Source of the DNA: Catajapyx aquilonaris | Lineage: Eukaryota | Direction of reading: 5' to 3' | Length of the DNA: 64,000 nt | Assembly (NCBI GenBank): GCA_000934665.2 | Contig: JYFJ02001436.1 | Span: 1-64,000 of the forward strand | In this document: positions 38,654-51,734 of the stretch, piece after piece | How positions within the stretch are numbered: the stretch's first letter is position 1 | Layout of the letters: every line of letters starts with the position of its first letter | Position numbers and translations under genes: made by a program | Notes under the pieces: generated by a model | The model's database searches: none | Seen by the model: only the letters and a program-made list of their open reading frames with translations | Told to the model about the DNA's origin: nothing

Positions 38654-38905
38654 CTTGCGTTGTTGCAAAGTCTGGCGATATTCCTTAATATGCCGGTCAG
38701 GATACAAAAAACCCAAAAAAATTAAAAAAATAGCGATTGAACCTTTTTCCTCCAGTTGATTTTAGTACGGGGGGGAGGGGACACCCGTTTAAAAAAAAGA
38801 GCACGGTTGCACGTGTATGGCGGTGTCTACAAACCGTACGTCCCAACCCTACCAACCCCTGCTGCCCACTGAAGCCCCCGACTCAGCTGCGGCTCTCCAA
38901 ACGTG
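38654..38905 (-). other. Putative non-coding first exon of Tob
   Basis: Strong donor AAG|GTAAGC (exon ends at 38654), no ATG in the segment, and it lies directly downstream of a motif-rich promoter-like region. The 5' boundary is approximate. Confidence 0.55.
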
Positions 38906-39135
38906 TGCTAGATCGATATGAGCGCCCTCTATACGCCCCCACACCCACCCCCCACCTCCTGGATAACCCCTCCCTCCCCTGTTTACAATGCCTGCTGACG
39001 TCAAAGGAGACGCCTGACGTCGCTATCGACGTCATCAGCTGGACAGTGCGGGCCACATTGTATCCAAAATTTGTATGCGCTATTGTTGCGGATACAGGGT
39101 GCCGGAAGGCCACGTGGCACATTCTGATTGGTGGT
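38905..39135 (-). promoter_or_regulatory. Putative Tob proximal promoter
   Basis: DRE-like TATCGATc (~38911-38918), TATA-like TATAGAG (~38926-38932), forkhead TGTTTAC (38980-38986), CRE TGACGTCA (38996-39003) plus two 7/8 CREs (~39015, ~39027), CCAAT box (~39126-39130). Confidence 0.6.
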
Positions 39136-39669
39136 CACCTGGGTATTTACGAGCAGTATTGGGCACTGGTTATGCGATAGAGACTAATAATGGTCGTCAC
39201 ATATGGCGCGAGGTTTTAATTACGATGCGTGTATGGCTTGCTACCTGTAGCCTCCAACGAGGGCACAGTATACTATGGGCGCTAGTACAGTATTAGATAG
39301 GCCAGCTTGAAGGAATTGTGGTTACGGTACGGACTATTCACACGGTATATGCATTGCGTCGTCATATACAACGTTCTTACTTTATGGAGGAAAAATAAGA
39401 TGCATAGTCAAAATAGGAGATACGGCACCTACTGGTTAAATGTTAATATTTATCATTGAATTGTTTGCATCCTGTTGGCTACATTGTGGGTATGCTCTCA
39501 TGGTGGCTGTAGCCGATGAGTGTCGCCTATTTCGAGCCCCCTGGGGTTTCAATTTTTTGTATATATACAGAGAGCGGACAGGACACCCACTAGATATGTC
39601 AACCGCTGTAGGGATTTTTCACACGACAAAACTGGCGTCCGGAAACTGTACCGTTTGTACAGACTTGGC

Positions 39670-39670
<1 letters not shown>

Positions 39671-39736
<66 letters not shown>
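39671..39736. repeat. (AAT)22 perfect microsatellite
   Basis: Directly visible. Confidence 0.97.
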
Positions 39737-39737
<1 letters not shown>

Positions 39738-41306
39738 GGCAAGCTCATTAGTCACTCGGAGATCTGTTATTAGTAATGAATCATTATCATTACTCCATGG
39801 CATGTCCTGTCATAACACTCGTGACATACAGAACAGGCAACCTGGATATGATTTCAGAGGGTGTCAACAGCAGCGGATAAATTTTTTAAATTTTTTAAAT
39901 AGAGTGAAGTGCTGTGTTTTGGTGAATCCGGGAGTACTCTTTCGTGAATATCCTCCTAATGAAGTAGTTTTGGCGCACCTGAAAAAGTTTGAAGAGAGGT
40001 TCGGTCTAAAAATAGTTCCGTGTTTTTAACTACTCAACCACATTCGCATGACATGATGAAATTGATGATTGTAGCACGTTTACTCATACTGCATTATCTC
40101 GTCAGATCTTGAAGCGCCATGCATGAATATGTCGGCGGAATGACGAGGGGAGAACGAATGCAAAAATGGGTAAATAACGTTTTAGTCAGTCCTCTGTGAA
40201 AAAATGTTCCAATTGGAATACATTGCTTTGAAGTCGTATATTTGGGGGGGAAAAAGTGCATTAAGCCCTTACAATATCTGATTCTGCAGTATACACCCAC
40301 TATTTATACCTCTGGTTAATACACGCAGTGCTGATTTTTTTAAATGCCACTAAGCTCTTATTAAATATGAGAAACTATAACTCTATAGCGATAATCTGCA
40401 TATATTCTACTACAAGGCTTGCATTTCATATTACGGTGCAAGTCACTCTCTGCACCGGTTTTGCATGCTCATATTTCTGGTGGTAAGCCAGGTGCATCCG
40501 TTGCACATTGTCATCCCGTGAGAAATGGAAAATAAAGAGACCGAAACTATTAATAATGTCATCCCATTTTTGTTCTGCAAGTGTCACTATGAAAGTGAAG
40601 TCTCCGGAATGCGGTCAGAGAACTGGGCAATTGTGTTTACAAAGTGGTTCATGAAAAAAAAATAGACGTGAGGGAGAAAAATTGACCACAGCTCTATTTT
40701 GGTTTCTTCCCACCATAAACTCTGTGTTTAGAAACGACCAACATCTATGCATTACCCAATCATAGAGTGAACTTTATTTTGCTGCTGACTTGAATGATAA
40801 GCACAAGTTTCACAGTGGCTTACGTATGTTTGTGGTTTTGTATCGCTTCTCAAACAGAATAACAAAATTGCATGCTTGTTAGTAATAGCAACATTGTTGC
40901 AAAGAGAAAATATCTTACTGGCTGTAGAAATTCAATCCTTCTTAAAAAGAATTCAACAGCGGGGGCGTCTTCTAGATATTGGAAGGCTAATACATGACGC
41001 TGCGTAGGATTGGCAGATATATTGGCTGTCGCAGATTCTTCGCCATCTGAAACGGAAAGTGGCAAGGACTTTATCTCGAATCCAGCTGATATATGTAAGG
41101 TTATCTGCCGTCACGGTACATTTAATTTTCAAGTGCGATTAACACCTAACTGATAGTTATTTTTAAAGAATCTTCTTCCTTACAGGACGTGACGCTATAG
41201 GGAGTGTCTATAGATACATAAGCATTATATTCTAATCGATATACAGTATGTGCAGGCTACTTTTTTGAGTATTTTGCTAAAAATATCTCGATTGTAGAAT
41301 ACAGTA

Positions 41307-41506
41307 CAGGGTGATGCATTGCAACAATACTCGGTTCAAGGGAAAGGTTGTAAATTGTCAATCCCAGCCACCAGTTTAGACTGAAACAACACTTTGGAAA
41401 CAAGGCCACATTGACTTATCGTGATTGTTGCTTCTTGGTAGCCGAGAACCTAAACACTACATAACTTCTTACCTTGAACTTTGGACTTGTTCAGTACACC
41501 ACCCTG
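41307..41506. mobile_element. Tc1-type MITE, 200 bp, TA TSD
   Basis: TA|cagggtgatgcattgcaacaa..gttcaagg versus ccttgaac..ttgttcagtacaccaccctg|TA. Confidence 0.75.
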
Positions 41507-43961
41507 TATTCGATATGGGTGCACAGTAAATACACTGTAACATGATTCATACATACCCTCCCTGTACAGTTGTCGACTTTGTCATGTTTACTGTACTTTT
41601 AGCTGACAAATAATGAAACTGCCACGTGAAGACCCATTTTCTGACATTTCACTACTAATAATGCGTCATTAGTGATTCAAGGCCTTTATTTAAAAACCAC
41701 TTGAATTAAGGACATTTTAGTGACCATCTAGTGCGTAGGATTTTGCAGTACTTTCTGCACCCAATGAAGATGTCACAAATGTCAGGTCCAATCCGCCATC
41801 TTTGCACTCACGTGAACCACGAGCCCAAGATCGAGATTACCGTTACATATTATTATGACTCCACGTCACATACATCATCGCGAATGATGCAATTACGCCC
41901 CTTACTGTCCCCATCCTTCAGCGGTCAACTTGTGAACTTTCAAGGTCGCCCATAACCTCAACACAAACGGCCACCGCCCATCACACCACATATTGTTTCA
42001 AATCACAGCGGAAGTCGAGAAAATATGCCGATATAACCTATATAATTATCAACTACAAACCGTGCTTTAAAAATTGCGTTGACTTCATACCGTTATCTGC
42101 AGGGCCGACCTGCCTCTAAATGAGCTGATAAATCATAGAGACCTTGCCCTTGGCACTGACGCAGTATCTGAGACGGACAGCATATAGCCACTTGAACCAT
42201 CCTCCCCCAATTACCCGCGCAATCTATCAAAAGCACCGTACGATAATCAGTTCGCCTTGGGGAAATTGTTATTCACGGCATGACTTTTTTTTAATAATAA
42301 AAAAAAAACAGAACTGAAAAAAATAGGCAGTTGGCAGAAGTCGAGTTCCGTTTGGTTTGCGGGTGACGTAAGGGATGCAGTGGCATTTGGAGACCTTGGC
42401 AAACATCCACCCTGACATTACTTTATGGCATGTCGCAGTTAGTTCAGGGAGACGAACAGCATATACAGCTGTATACAACGGGTTACGTGCCCGCACCAAA
42501 GCGTTTTTTGGAAATGGCTGAGGGAGTCGAGAAATAGACGGTGGCAGTGGTTCAAGGGACAAGTTCATTTTAGTGATTTGGCCTAGTGGTTCAGCATAAT
42601 TAAGGATATAATATTAATTACTTTAAAAATACTGAAATGTTTAATATTCAGGTCACATTCTCCGCACTGCATGTGCAAACTTATATGCAGTGCTTAATAG
42701 AAACAAACGGCAGGTTGTGTAACTGTCGTAAAATGTGACATATAGTATATTGCTGTTAGCACCTGCTATGGCTATCACGGGTAATTGTTACAAAACAAAC
42801 ACGTGTTGAACCGCACTGTAGGCTGTTGTGTGTGCCTTGTGTCACCCTAGGATAAACGCAATCTCTTGCGAGCGAAACGTTTAGAAAAACCTAATTGAAA
42901 CCCAATCGCGCAGCAATTTCCGAACATGACACAATTGTCCTTTAAATACTGACGTTGGCGTCTGAGCACAATGGGCGCACTATTTATCTCGCCAAATAGG
43001 CAATCGGAAAAATGACAATAGCTCAACGCAGCTTTCAGCAACCGTGACAAAAATTTGATGTCCTACAGGCCAGACGTAGTATTTAGCAATAAAAAAAAGG
43101 ACAGCAAGTTCCCTCACCTGTGACAAAGAAGCACGTTTTGCCCCTCCCTACCCACCGAAAAAAGCTCAATTGTGACACCTACTGTTACGTCACGCATATT
43201 ACACGTGTGTTGTGGTATCTAATCTCCAAGTTTAGTCCTCCCTAACAGATATACCCTATCTGATGTTGCCAATAATCGAGCAGCTGACCGAAACAAGGCC
43301 GGGCTGTGACTTCGCAAAATTTCTTTTTTTTTTTTTTAAAGGTGGGGAGGGGAGGGTTTACCCAGCGGACATAATGAACTCATCACCGCGTGCTGTAATT
43401 GCAAAACACGATTACTTAGGGTTGGGTGGCACTTGCAGGAGGGAAAAGGGTGGGGGGATATTTCGAAGGTAAACAAATGGCAGGACCTCTCTAACAATAT
43501 CGGCGGAACTGCGAAATATGACAACGGAAGCTTTGAAGTTGACAGATTTTTTTTTCTTATAGTGCAGACCAAATAGCGGTACCAGTTGATGAAATCTTGT
43601 ACTAACAATTTGGCGAGGAATGTGTGGAACGTGTAGAGGAGCATTGTCTTTGAAGGATGCAACGAATTATCAGCTGATTATTACGAAAATATGAGGTCCA
43701 TTATTTTGGCTCAAAGACACGGTGTGGACTTGTGCCAACTTGGATAACGTAGGGTTCTGAAGAAAGAGGATGTGGCATGTGGAATGCCAAAAATATGCGA
43801 CAAAAGGACGATGTCGCTTATTTAATTCTTGCGGTCAATGTTATCTGGCTCTTCTGAGGTATTCATTGTATGTTGAAATCCAGAAGAAACAAAGGAATTG
43901 TTTCGCCCCCCTTTTAGATCAAGAAAGAGGTTATTATTTGGGTTAATTTTTTGAGTAACTA

Positions 43962-44180
43962 CTAACTAAACGGCATAATATAAAATTTTTTGGTCGTAAA
44001 ATTTATGGGCCATTTTTTTGTCAGAGAAAAGGTGCTAAGTACATCATACAAATTTTTAAGAATGTCCATAATTTCGAGAGCTTTCCTTTTCAAACCTGAA
44101 TTTCCATGTGGCGTGAGTGATAAAAGAGAAAGCTTCGAGGGAAAATATTTTCCTGTCCTATCGCTCATTGACTCCTGCAT
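43962..44180 (-). pseudogene. hAT-type transposase C-terminal (dimerisation region) relic
   Basis: GKYFPSKLSLLSLTPHGNSGLKR resembles the KYP.LSKL...L.LPHGNA..ER.FS motif. Confidence 0.45.
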
Positions 44181-44754
44181 CAGATCAATATTGCTGTATT
44201 TGGAAGGCGTATGCAGCGCTCGCTAATGAACTGGCAGCTACCAAAAATGCAGATACACGAGGCCTCAGGGTCACATATCTGTTTACACAAGGAGTGCCTA
44301 TACAGCTGGATATGTCAAGTGTTTTCGTTTTGGCTGCAAAGAGTTTGAAATTTTTGTTCAACTTCAACTACTTGTGGTATGATGATGACTCCGCGCTACA
44401 GTACTGCATTTTTATAGCAATTACATTATTGCAAATGCGGTAAATATTACTGGCAGGAGAAAAGCTCAAGGAGTGCGAAATGTGGTCGGTTTTTTATTTA
44501 TGTTCTCTTATGTAACTGGAAATATTTCAGATATTTCCATTAGTATGTGGCAAACTACAACTTTGGATCTATACCATTTGCATTTACTAAAGTGCAGTTG
44601 GTTACGGCAGTAAAAAAATATATAGACGGGATATATTGGCAGTAAATTTTGACGCACCCTTTACAATACTATTGTTAAGTATGTGCGGCCAAAGAGTTTC
44701 ATAATAATTTTACACGAGGCATAATAAAAGGGCGATCAACCTCACCCTTACTTT

Positions 44755-46666
44755 CCCTTAACGCCTTATGGTCATATTCAAGTTAGCCAATATTTATTGA
44801 TAACACCGTTTATAGCATTTTTACAATTTTGTAACAGGCCCTTTACAAATTGAAAGTAATTTTTCACCCATAACTGGAATGTAACTTCCAGACTATATTT
44901 TAAAAAATATGGACCTGCGTGTGAACTATGCAATAATTGCCTCCTATGATGACAGTCAATTCTAAAAGAAAATTCTGTTGTACGGCACGAGTTGAAAAGA
45001 AACCCTGACCTTTTTCCAGTTTTTGTGACTTGCACCCTTTCGTCAGCAATAAAAACGGTAGTCCTTTCACCGACCCCCTTGCCATTAGTGGGTTGTAAAG
45101 GGCACAAGGAAATCCACGCTTTTGCACTGCCAACTTGGCCACCCAATCATGTCCACTAATCCTGATTTTCTTCACTCCTTCTGCCCAGCTCTCATCGCTA
45201 TTATTTTGAAACTTCTTCAAGGACCGGTGATCTTGCACTTGCTTTTTTTTAAAACTAGCGTCTTCCAAACCTATAAGGGTCTTTTTTTGCAACAATTTTC
45301 GACCTCAAGTTAGATTGACAAAAAAGTACATAATAGCCAACCCCGTTCAACTCAGCTCACGGTTGTGATTTCTGCGTCATTTCCTGATTTTTACGGAATT
45401 GTGACTTGGCCTTTTTTTTGTCTGAGTAAGGAGCAATGTAAGTTATTAGGAAAGGTTGAAAGCGATGTTTTGTACTTGAACAATGAAGTTAATTTTTTGT
45501 GCAATATACCGAATGTAACATAAAGGAATTTCTGTGGCCATATCGACCTTCTGTGCCGCAAAACAAGTTTAAAACCTATCCAAATTTATGCTTTCTTGAA
45601 TATACGCTCTATTTAAAATTAAGCTTGAGGGTGACTGACCACTGGTTCCTTACAAGTGGGTAGTTTTCCCATGGCGAACAAGCACGTTGCAATTATAGCC
45701 CGAACCTACACGACACCAAAACTCATTAGGGTGAATAAATTGTCAAAACTCTCATCGCTTCATGTTATTCAAAATTACTTGCCTTTTGAATGAAGCACAG
45801 TATGGAGCACAGGTACACTCAATGTATATAAACTAGAGGTCATGCTGCTTGTTTATTCGACTCGCTTTTGTAAGAAAATGCTTATGAACAAGAAGTGGTT
45901 TTCGTTATACAAAGAAAAATGTGACCTAGATGGTGATGAAAAAATAGCGTAGAAAGACTTCTGAATGGAGGATTTCCGGAGATGTCGTCAACAGAAAGAG
46001 GAGGAGGAGAAGAAGACGAAGGAAAAAAAATCCCCCAGATTGAAAGCTTCTATCCCGGACCCTTTTCAGCTTCGTAAAAAAGGGGATTGGTTGAAAATGG
46101 AATCGATTGACCACACATGGCAGATTCAAGGGCATCTTGAATATATGTGGGATTCTAGTTATCAAAATGGATCTAACATTGTGCCAAAGAATTTCTCTCG
46201 GATAAAAGTAGCAAATGATGGAAAACCTGACCCAAGTCTCTACGTCTCTCGTGCACTTGCTCCAGACTTTATGGTCAGGATGTGAGTTATAAGTCGGAAG
46301 AGAAAGCTCATCATCTTTCACTTCATGGGGGAATGTAAAATGTGGCGCCATAATGTTCCAAACAGCCATGGCAAATTACATTTCTCGTTAGCTATGACAA
46401 GCAGCGCCAAAGCCTACTTTCATTTTCATAAGTATGAAATGACGTATTGTTTCCAAAACTGGGTGCTCAAAATAGTTTTAATTATTGAAGAATTTGTGTC
46501 AGCTAAATGTTGGGGATTTATTTAAGTGTATATGAGATTCTTGTTTATTGAGGAGCTTTAATTACCTTCTTGCAATACGAGAAAATATTTTGGGAAGCTT
46601 GTGAGCTGTCATAAGCTAGTTAATTTTGAAAATAGTGCCAAATATGACCCAAGGGGCATTACAGGG
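44755..46666 (+). mobile_element. Degenerate, internally deleted piggyBac-like element
   Basis: Right end aaatatgacccaaggggcattacaGGG|TTAA; left end CCCttaacgccttatggtcatatt matches imperfectly. Internal peptide LEYMWDSSYQNGSNIVPKNFSR (~46135-46200) resembles the piggyBac YWS...IV...MSR motif. Confidence 0.5.
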
Positions 46667-48496
46667 TTAACTTATCTAATATCATGACTGCATTCCTTTC
46701 TTATCCAGATATAAATCCTGACTGTAATGAAGCTTTCAAATAATATTAAATGTTTCAAATAAGATGCGTTTAATTCCGATACAGTATTCATATAATACTG
46801 AAAAAAGAAACGCTACTTTTATTACTTTTTTACTAATATTAATCAATCCATAATTTTATACTGTATGTGGAATTAACTCTTGCTTTAGTTATTACAGCTG
46901 ACAATGTTGAAACATTTCCGGGAATATTATTTTGAAAACTCGAAGAAACGCTTATTTGTTGCTTCATCGCGTCCTTTAACAGGAATTGCAGCTTTGCCAT
47001 TTCTCGTTTTTTTAACAAAAAAAAAACTGATCCTCATCTTGCAAGGGTAATGCTGCGTAGCAACCTATTACTTCAGCGAAGCTAGAAACTGTTTGCTAAC
47101 ATAATTTTCAAGAGAAAAAAACTTTAACAGATTGCTAAATTCCTTTATTAAATTCCACCATATTTTTTATGCCTCTCCCCTACCATCCGGAGAAGATGAC
47201 TTTCCTCGCCCTTGCCTTGGCATATCAGTTATGTTCTTGTGAATAACACCACATTTTTTCAAAAATATTCAGCGATAGTACTTTTACAACTCTTTAACTT
47301 GACTAGCGACAGCAGATCATAATTGTTAGTTATACCATTCGTACTCGTAATGTACAATACCTTTCATTTGTACAGTCATGATGAATGGGACACATCGACT
47401 TGCAAATGCCCTAGACCAGATTTGTCACAAGTAACTCACTAGCAATCGACCTTACTAACCTCAGAATGTCAAACGAGTTCAACTCACGACGGCAAACCTT
47501 TGGCCGGTTGTTCTGGTCGCTTGACCTCATCATATCTGATGGACTTGACTACAGTCGAAAGGGCGCCTGAATTGCAAATTCTGTAAACGAGGTGGCGGGT
47601 GCGCAAGGGGGTTCTGGGTGGGTGGAAAGCAGTTCGAAGGCTTCTTATTGGACGAGCTAACAAGATCGTTGCGAAATCCGCACCACGATTTAATATTCAC
47701 ACTACGCAAGATCAGCCTGAGTTCAACGCAGGTCTCACTTATATGCTACACCTGGTCGCAGTGCCCTTGTTTGTCCATACGAAATAATGTCCTGTATATT
47801 TTGGATGGGATACATTTGGATACATTAAAAAGTCAAGCTGTAATCATTATCATATAAGGTCTGCTGAGTCAGAATATATGTAGGCCTACTAAGAGATAGT
47901 CTAGACATTTTCTATAGGCTCAGCATATACAAGGTGGGTGTAAGGACATAGTGTTGCCACCAGAAATAGAGATGCCACGTCAACATCTGCGCAGCTTTAT
48001 TTGGTAGCACCTGCGTAAAAAGATGGTCTTGCAATATACAAGTAGTATACTGTACATTGCGCGCAACTAGCACCTGGCACACACTGAGTGCATTCATATA
48101 AACTCTTATTTCTTCAGAAGTTTTTTCCTACACCACGTGTATACAACGGTCAGCATTTGCGCAGTATGGCAGTGGATCATAATTAAGTTTACATTGGACA
48201 CAGCTTATAGTCCTAAGTGGCTTTATTATACTCCTGCTCTGCAGCGACCATCTCTCCAATGTAAACACATTGGGTAATTAAAATACAGTAACATGGTTAT
48301 ACTAATTATCGATGTTTTACAGGTAGAACAAACGCCTAAACCGAAAATAGCGTTTATGTGCAGTGCGTATTTAAAGTCCGGTTTATCCACGATCATTAAT
48401 TTATTATAATGAAACAGCAACATATTGAAATAGTTTCTGGGTATGCATATCACCTAATTGACGCCGGCGCGCCATTGGTCACAGTACAGTACTCAC

Positions 48497-48885
48497 AAAA
48501 ATGGCACATTGGTTTCCCCGTTTCACACAAAAACAAGTCGAATAGGCTTTGAAGGTAGCATGATGTTGTACGTGACGCTCCGATGGGATTAGTAATAAAG
48601 TAATATCGAGAAAAAGATTGAAATAAATCGCGCCGTTTCCATATGCGTGCCGGCGGCCAGCCTCCCGCAAAGCCAATTTCCGATTTCGTTCGGATGTCAG
48701 TTTGGCAACGCCGCCTCTGACTTTAGATCACTCTTTTTCTCTCTTCTACCGCTTTTGCACTGCTTCCACAACCTAACTCTGAAGTTCACCGACAGATAAT
48801 AATAATAATATCTCAGAACTACCCAGCCCATATTGCATTTATATATACTACACGTCCGACGTCCCTTATAAATGGCACCAATCAG
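48497..48885 (-). promoter_or_regulatory. Putative distal TATA/CCAAT promoter and exon (possible alternative Tob first exon or lncRNA)
   Basis: Minus-strand TATATAAA at 48838-48845, CCAAT at 48878-48882, donor ttt|GTGAGT (exon ends at 48497). Confidence 0.35.
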
Positions 48886-51142
48886 GGGAAGTGACCCATT
48901 CTGTTATGTGAATGGTTGGCTTGAAATAGGCAGATGTATCAAGGGGTTTTGCAAGGCCCCAGACCATGGCTGGCGAGACGTTATGATGAAAGAGAAAATA
49001 ATCATAATGTAGCGGACACTATATGGCACACGCACACGCTCTCCTCTCAAGTACTCAAGAAAATTGTTGGAAGCTGCAAGGATATTAAAAGAATGAATGG
49101 TTACTCTGAGCTTCCTCTCAGCATTGAATTAGTTTTGTCCTGATAATACTAGCCATTCGCCCGAGTAAAATAAGCGTGTAATATGCGTAAGTGTTCTGAC
49201 CTGTCCGACAAATGCAATTAGTAAATTACTCCACGTTCATTGACCTGTTCTCACCGCCTGTTGTCGTCAATTTGAAGATTTGTCCATTCATTTAAAAGCG
49301 GCGATTTCACTTTATTTTTGGCCCTCTTCCGTGCGACGGAACGTCTGTGTTTACTTCTTATTTATTGGTCGGTGGAAAATATCACGCAAAGGAAGCCAAT
49401 TCCTTTTACACGCATACACACCCAGAGCGTGTGCGCGTATACACAAGATTCCCGAAATATGGTCTTGTTGAATGCATTTTGGCACGTATAGTATATCGTG
49501 AGGTTAATGGAGATCACGTGAGTTGCCGGAAGGGAAGGCCGTCAATTTCTACCGGAAAAAAAAGAAAAGTGAAAAAAAATGAATGGCCGGTCCATTAATC
49601 AATGTAACAGCCACCTAAAATTGTTTATGATGTTATTTGGGGAGGTCTTCAATACAGGCTCCTGTCCACTGTTTCTTCTGGGCGCAGGATATATGAAACT
49701 TGAAGGTTTGGATTTTTTTTTTCTTGCGGATGACCTACTCCCAATTTTCTAACATTTACCACAGATATGCGGAAAAAGGTGCAAAGTTATCCAGTGATAT
49801 CGCGTTGCAACACTATTAGCCTAAAATTAACAATAGTGTTAATAGTAGTGTAAATTCCCTCGCGGACATACCAATATTGGAAATTTTTATTATATGAATT
49901 TTTTTTACCCTACTTTTTATCTGTACTGCCAGTTGGGTCCCAGCGATTGACGCAAGCAAATATTTAAAATAGTCTCGTGTGTAAAAATGGATCTCGTTAC
50001 CGTTACAAATGTTGAACCAGATTTACATGTTGGAAGAGACCGATATTTTAAAACCGTAAACCTTGTGACTATATGCTAGGCCCTCAATAAACCCTGTGCA
50101 TCTTAACGTTGCTTTTGCAAGGACTGGTTGAGCAATTACTTTAATCCAGAGGTGCACGTAACTTAAAATAAATCAATGACGCAATTCTGCATGACCTGGA
50201 TCTGTCGACATTACTTACTAATAATTGATTCTCTCTACACGAGGTGTTGGCTGTGGGGAGTTTATCTTGGACCACGCACAGTGCAGCTGAATCCGAAACT
50301 GCCATTGAAATATACAGTACAAGCTTGTGGACTACAGTACGTGTTTATCTTCACATTATTGAACAATGCAATGAGGGGCCATAAAAATTAATAAAGGGTC
50401 GAGCAGCCACATATAATTTGGAATGTACTGCCACATATTTTAAAGGTTAGATAACGACCTTACACGTATGACTAAATAATGTGAAGTAATTTGGTGAGTT
50501 ATATAAATCCAGGATAAAAACTGATGCTATTGGAGGGGGAAAAAAAGCAGGCAAAATAATATCTGCCAGACTTCCGCAACGTAGTTAATCGCAGAGCAGC
50601 TGGCAATGTACGCGTACTAGTCCGGAGGAAATATTTGACCCATATTGCTAAATATAGGCGCCCACATACTGACTGCATGTGTGTCAGAATCTGGGGATTA
50701 TTTAATGGCCAGCCTCGCACGTTTTCTCCGTCTTCATAACTCATATGCAGCTCACGATACGCCTGAGTTAGAATAATATACTATCGCGTTTTCAGATCAC
50801 TTGTCAGGATTTATCTCCCAGTAAACGTGCGAGTTGTGCTCTGTGGAAGAGCAGGAAATGTGTTTACCGGATGCGGTTTGGAATGTGAAGGTACCATATC
50901 GGCAAACCCTGGGCTCGCTTCCTGGTTATGGTACAAGAAGCAAAACGCATCCTTTATTTTTTGCTGACTTTTTGTTCAGCTCGCAGGCTCTATGAGCGCG
51001 CATAAATTTGTACACTAGTGACGGAATACGTACCGGCGCCTGACTAGGAACAGTTAAAATGGATCCAAGCTCAGGCATGGCGAGACACTAAATATTCTTA
51101 CGTAATGCAGTACAGGGTATGAAGAATTTAAATCGTGATTAA

Positions 51143-51734
51143 GAACATAACTTGTTTCGAAAACAACATAAGTCCACTTTTTGGAATTTGTAAGTTAATA
51201 CTGCCATGTTGCTTGCCTAGGGATCGTGTTTATGAGGTTTTAAAGAAGGCAATGAAAGATATCTATCGTATATCTAAACCCCTTTTGAATCCTGCAAGTC
51301 GCAGCTAGTGCAAAAAAAATATATAATGTCTACAAGACGGAATATATCTAGCGCTGTACGTCCCCCCCAAGAACACGTTATTTTATGAAACTATAATTAG
51401 CTGGCCAATAACTACAGCAGAAAGTGATTATGGAACATAAAATCATGAAATTTGTAACTTCTTAACAATGTAAAAAATAATTTCACATGCACATAGACTT
51501 GTTTCCATCCATTGAAATCCCATGCAGTAGTTTCGAAAACAACTTAAGTGCAGAAAGTTTTAATTCAAATATCATAAATTCCATGGGCAATTTTTAGATA
51601 TAATATACAACATTATATCTAAAATAGCTAATCTAATAATAGCAGTAGCAAAGATGGGAATGAGTAGGGCCAGTTTTATTTGTTTTCTCAAAAGTTGGTT
51701 ATTTGGACTTATGTGGTTTACAATCAACTAACTC
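51143..51734. mobile_element. Sola1-like non-autonomous element
   Basis: aaacaacataagtcca versus tggacttatgtggttt inverted pair; right end ...aactc|AAAT; internal repeat gtttcgaaaacaacttaagt at ~51530. Confidence 0.45.
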
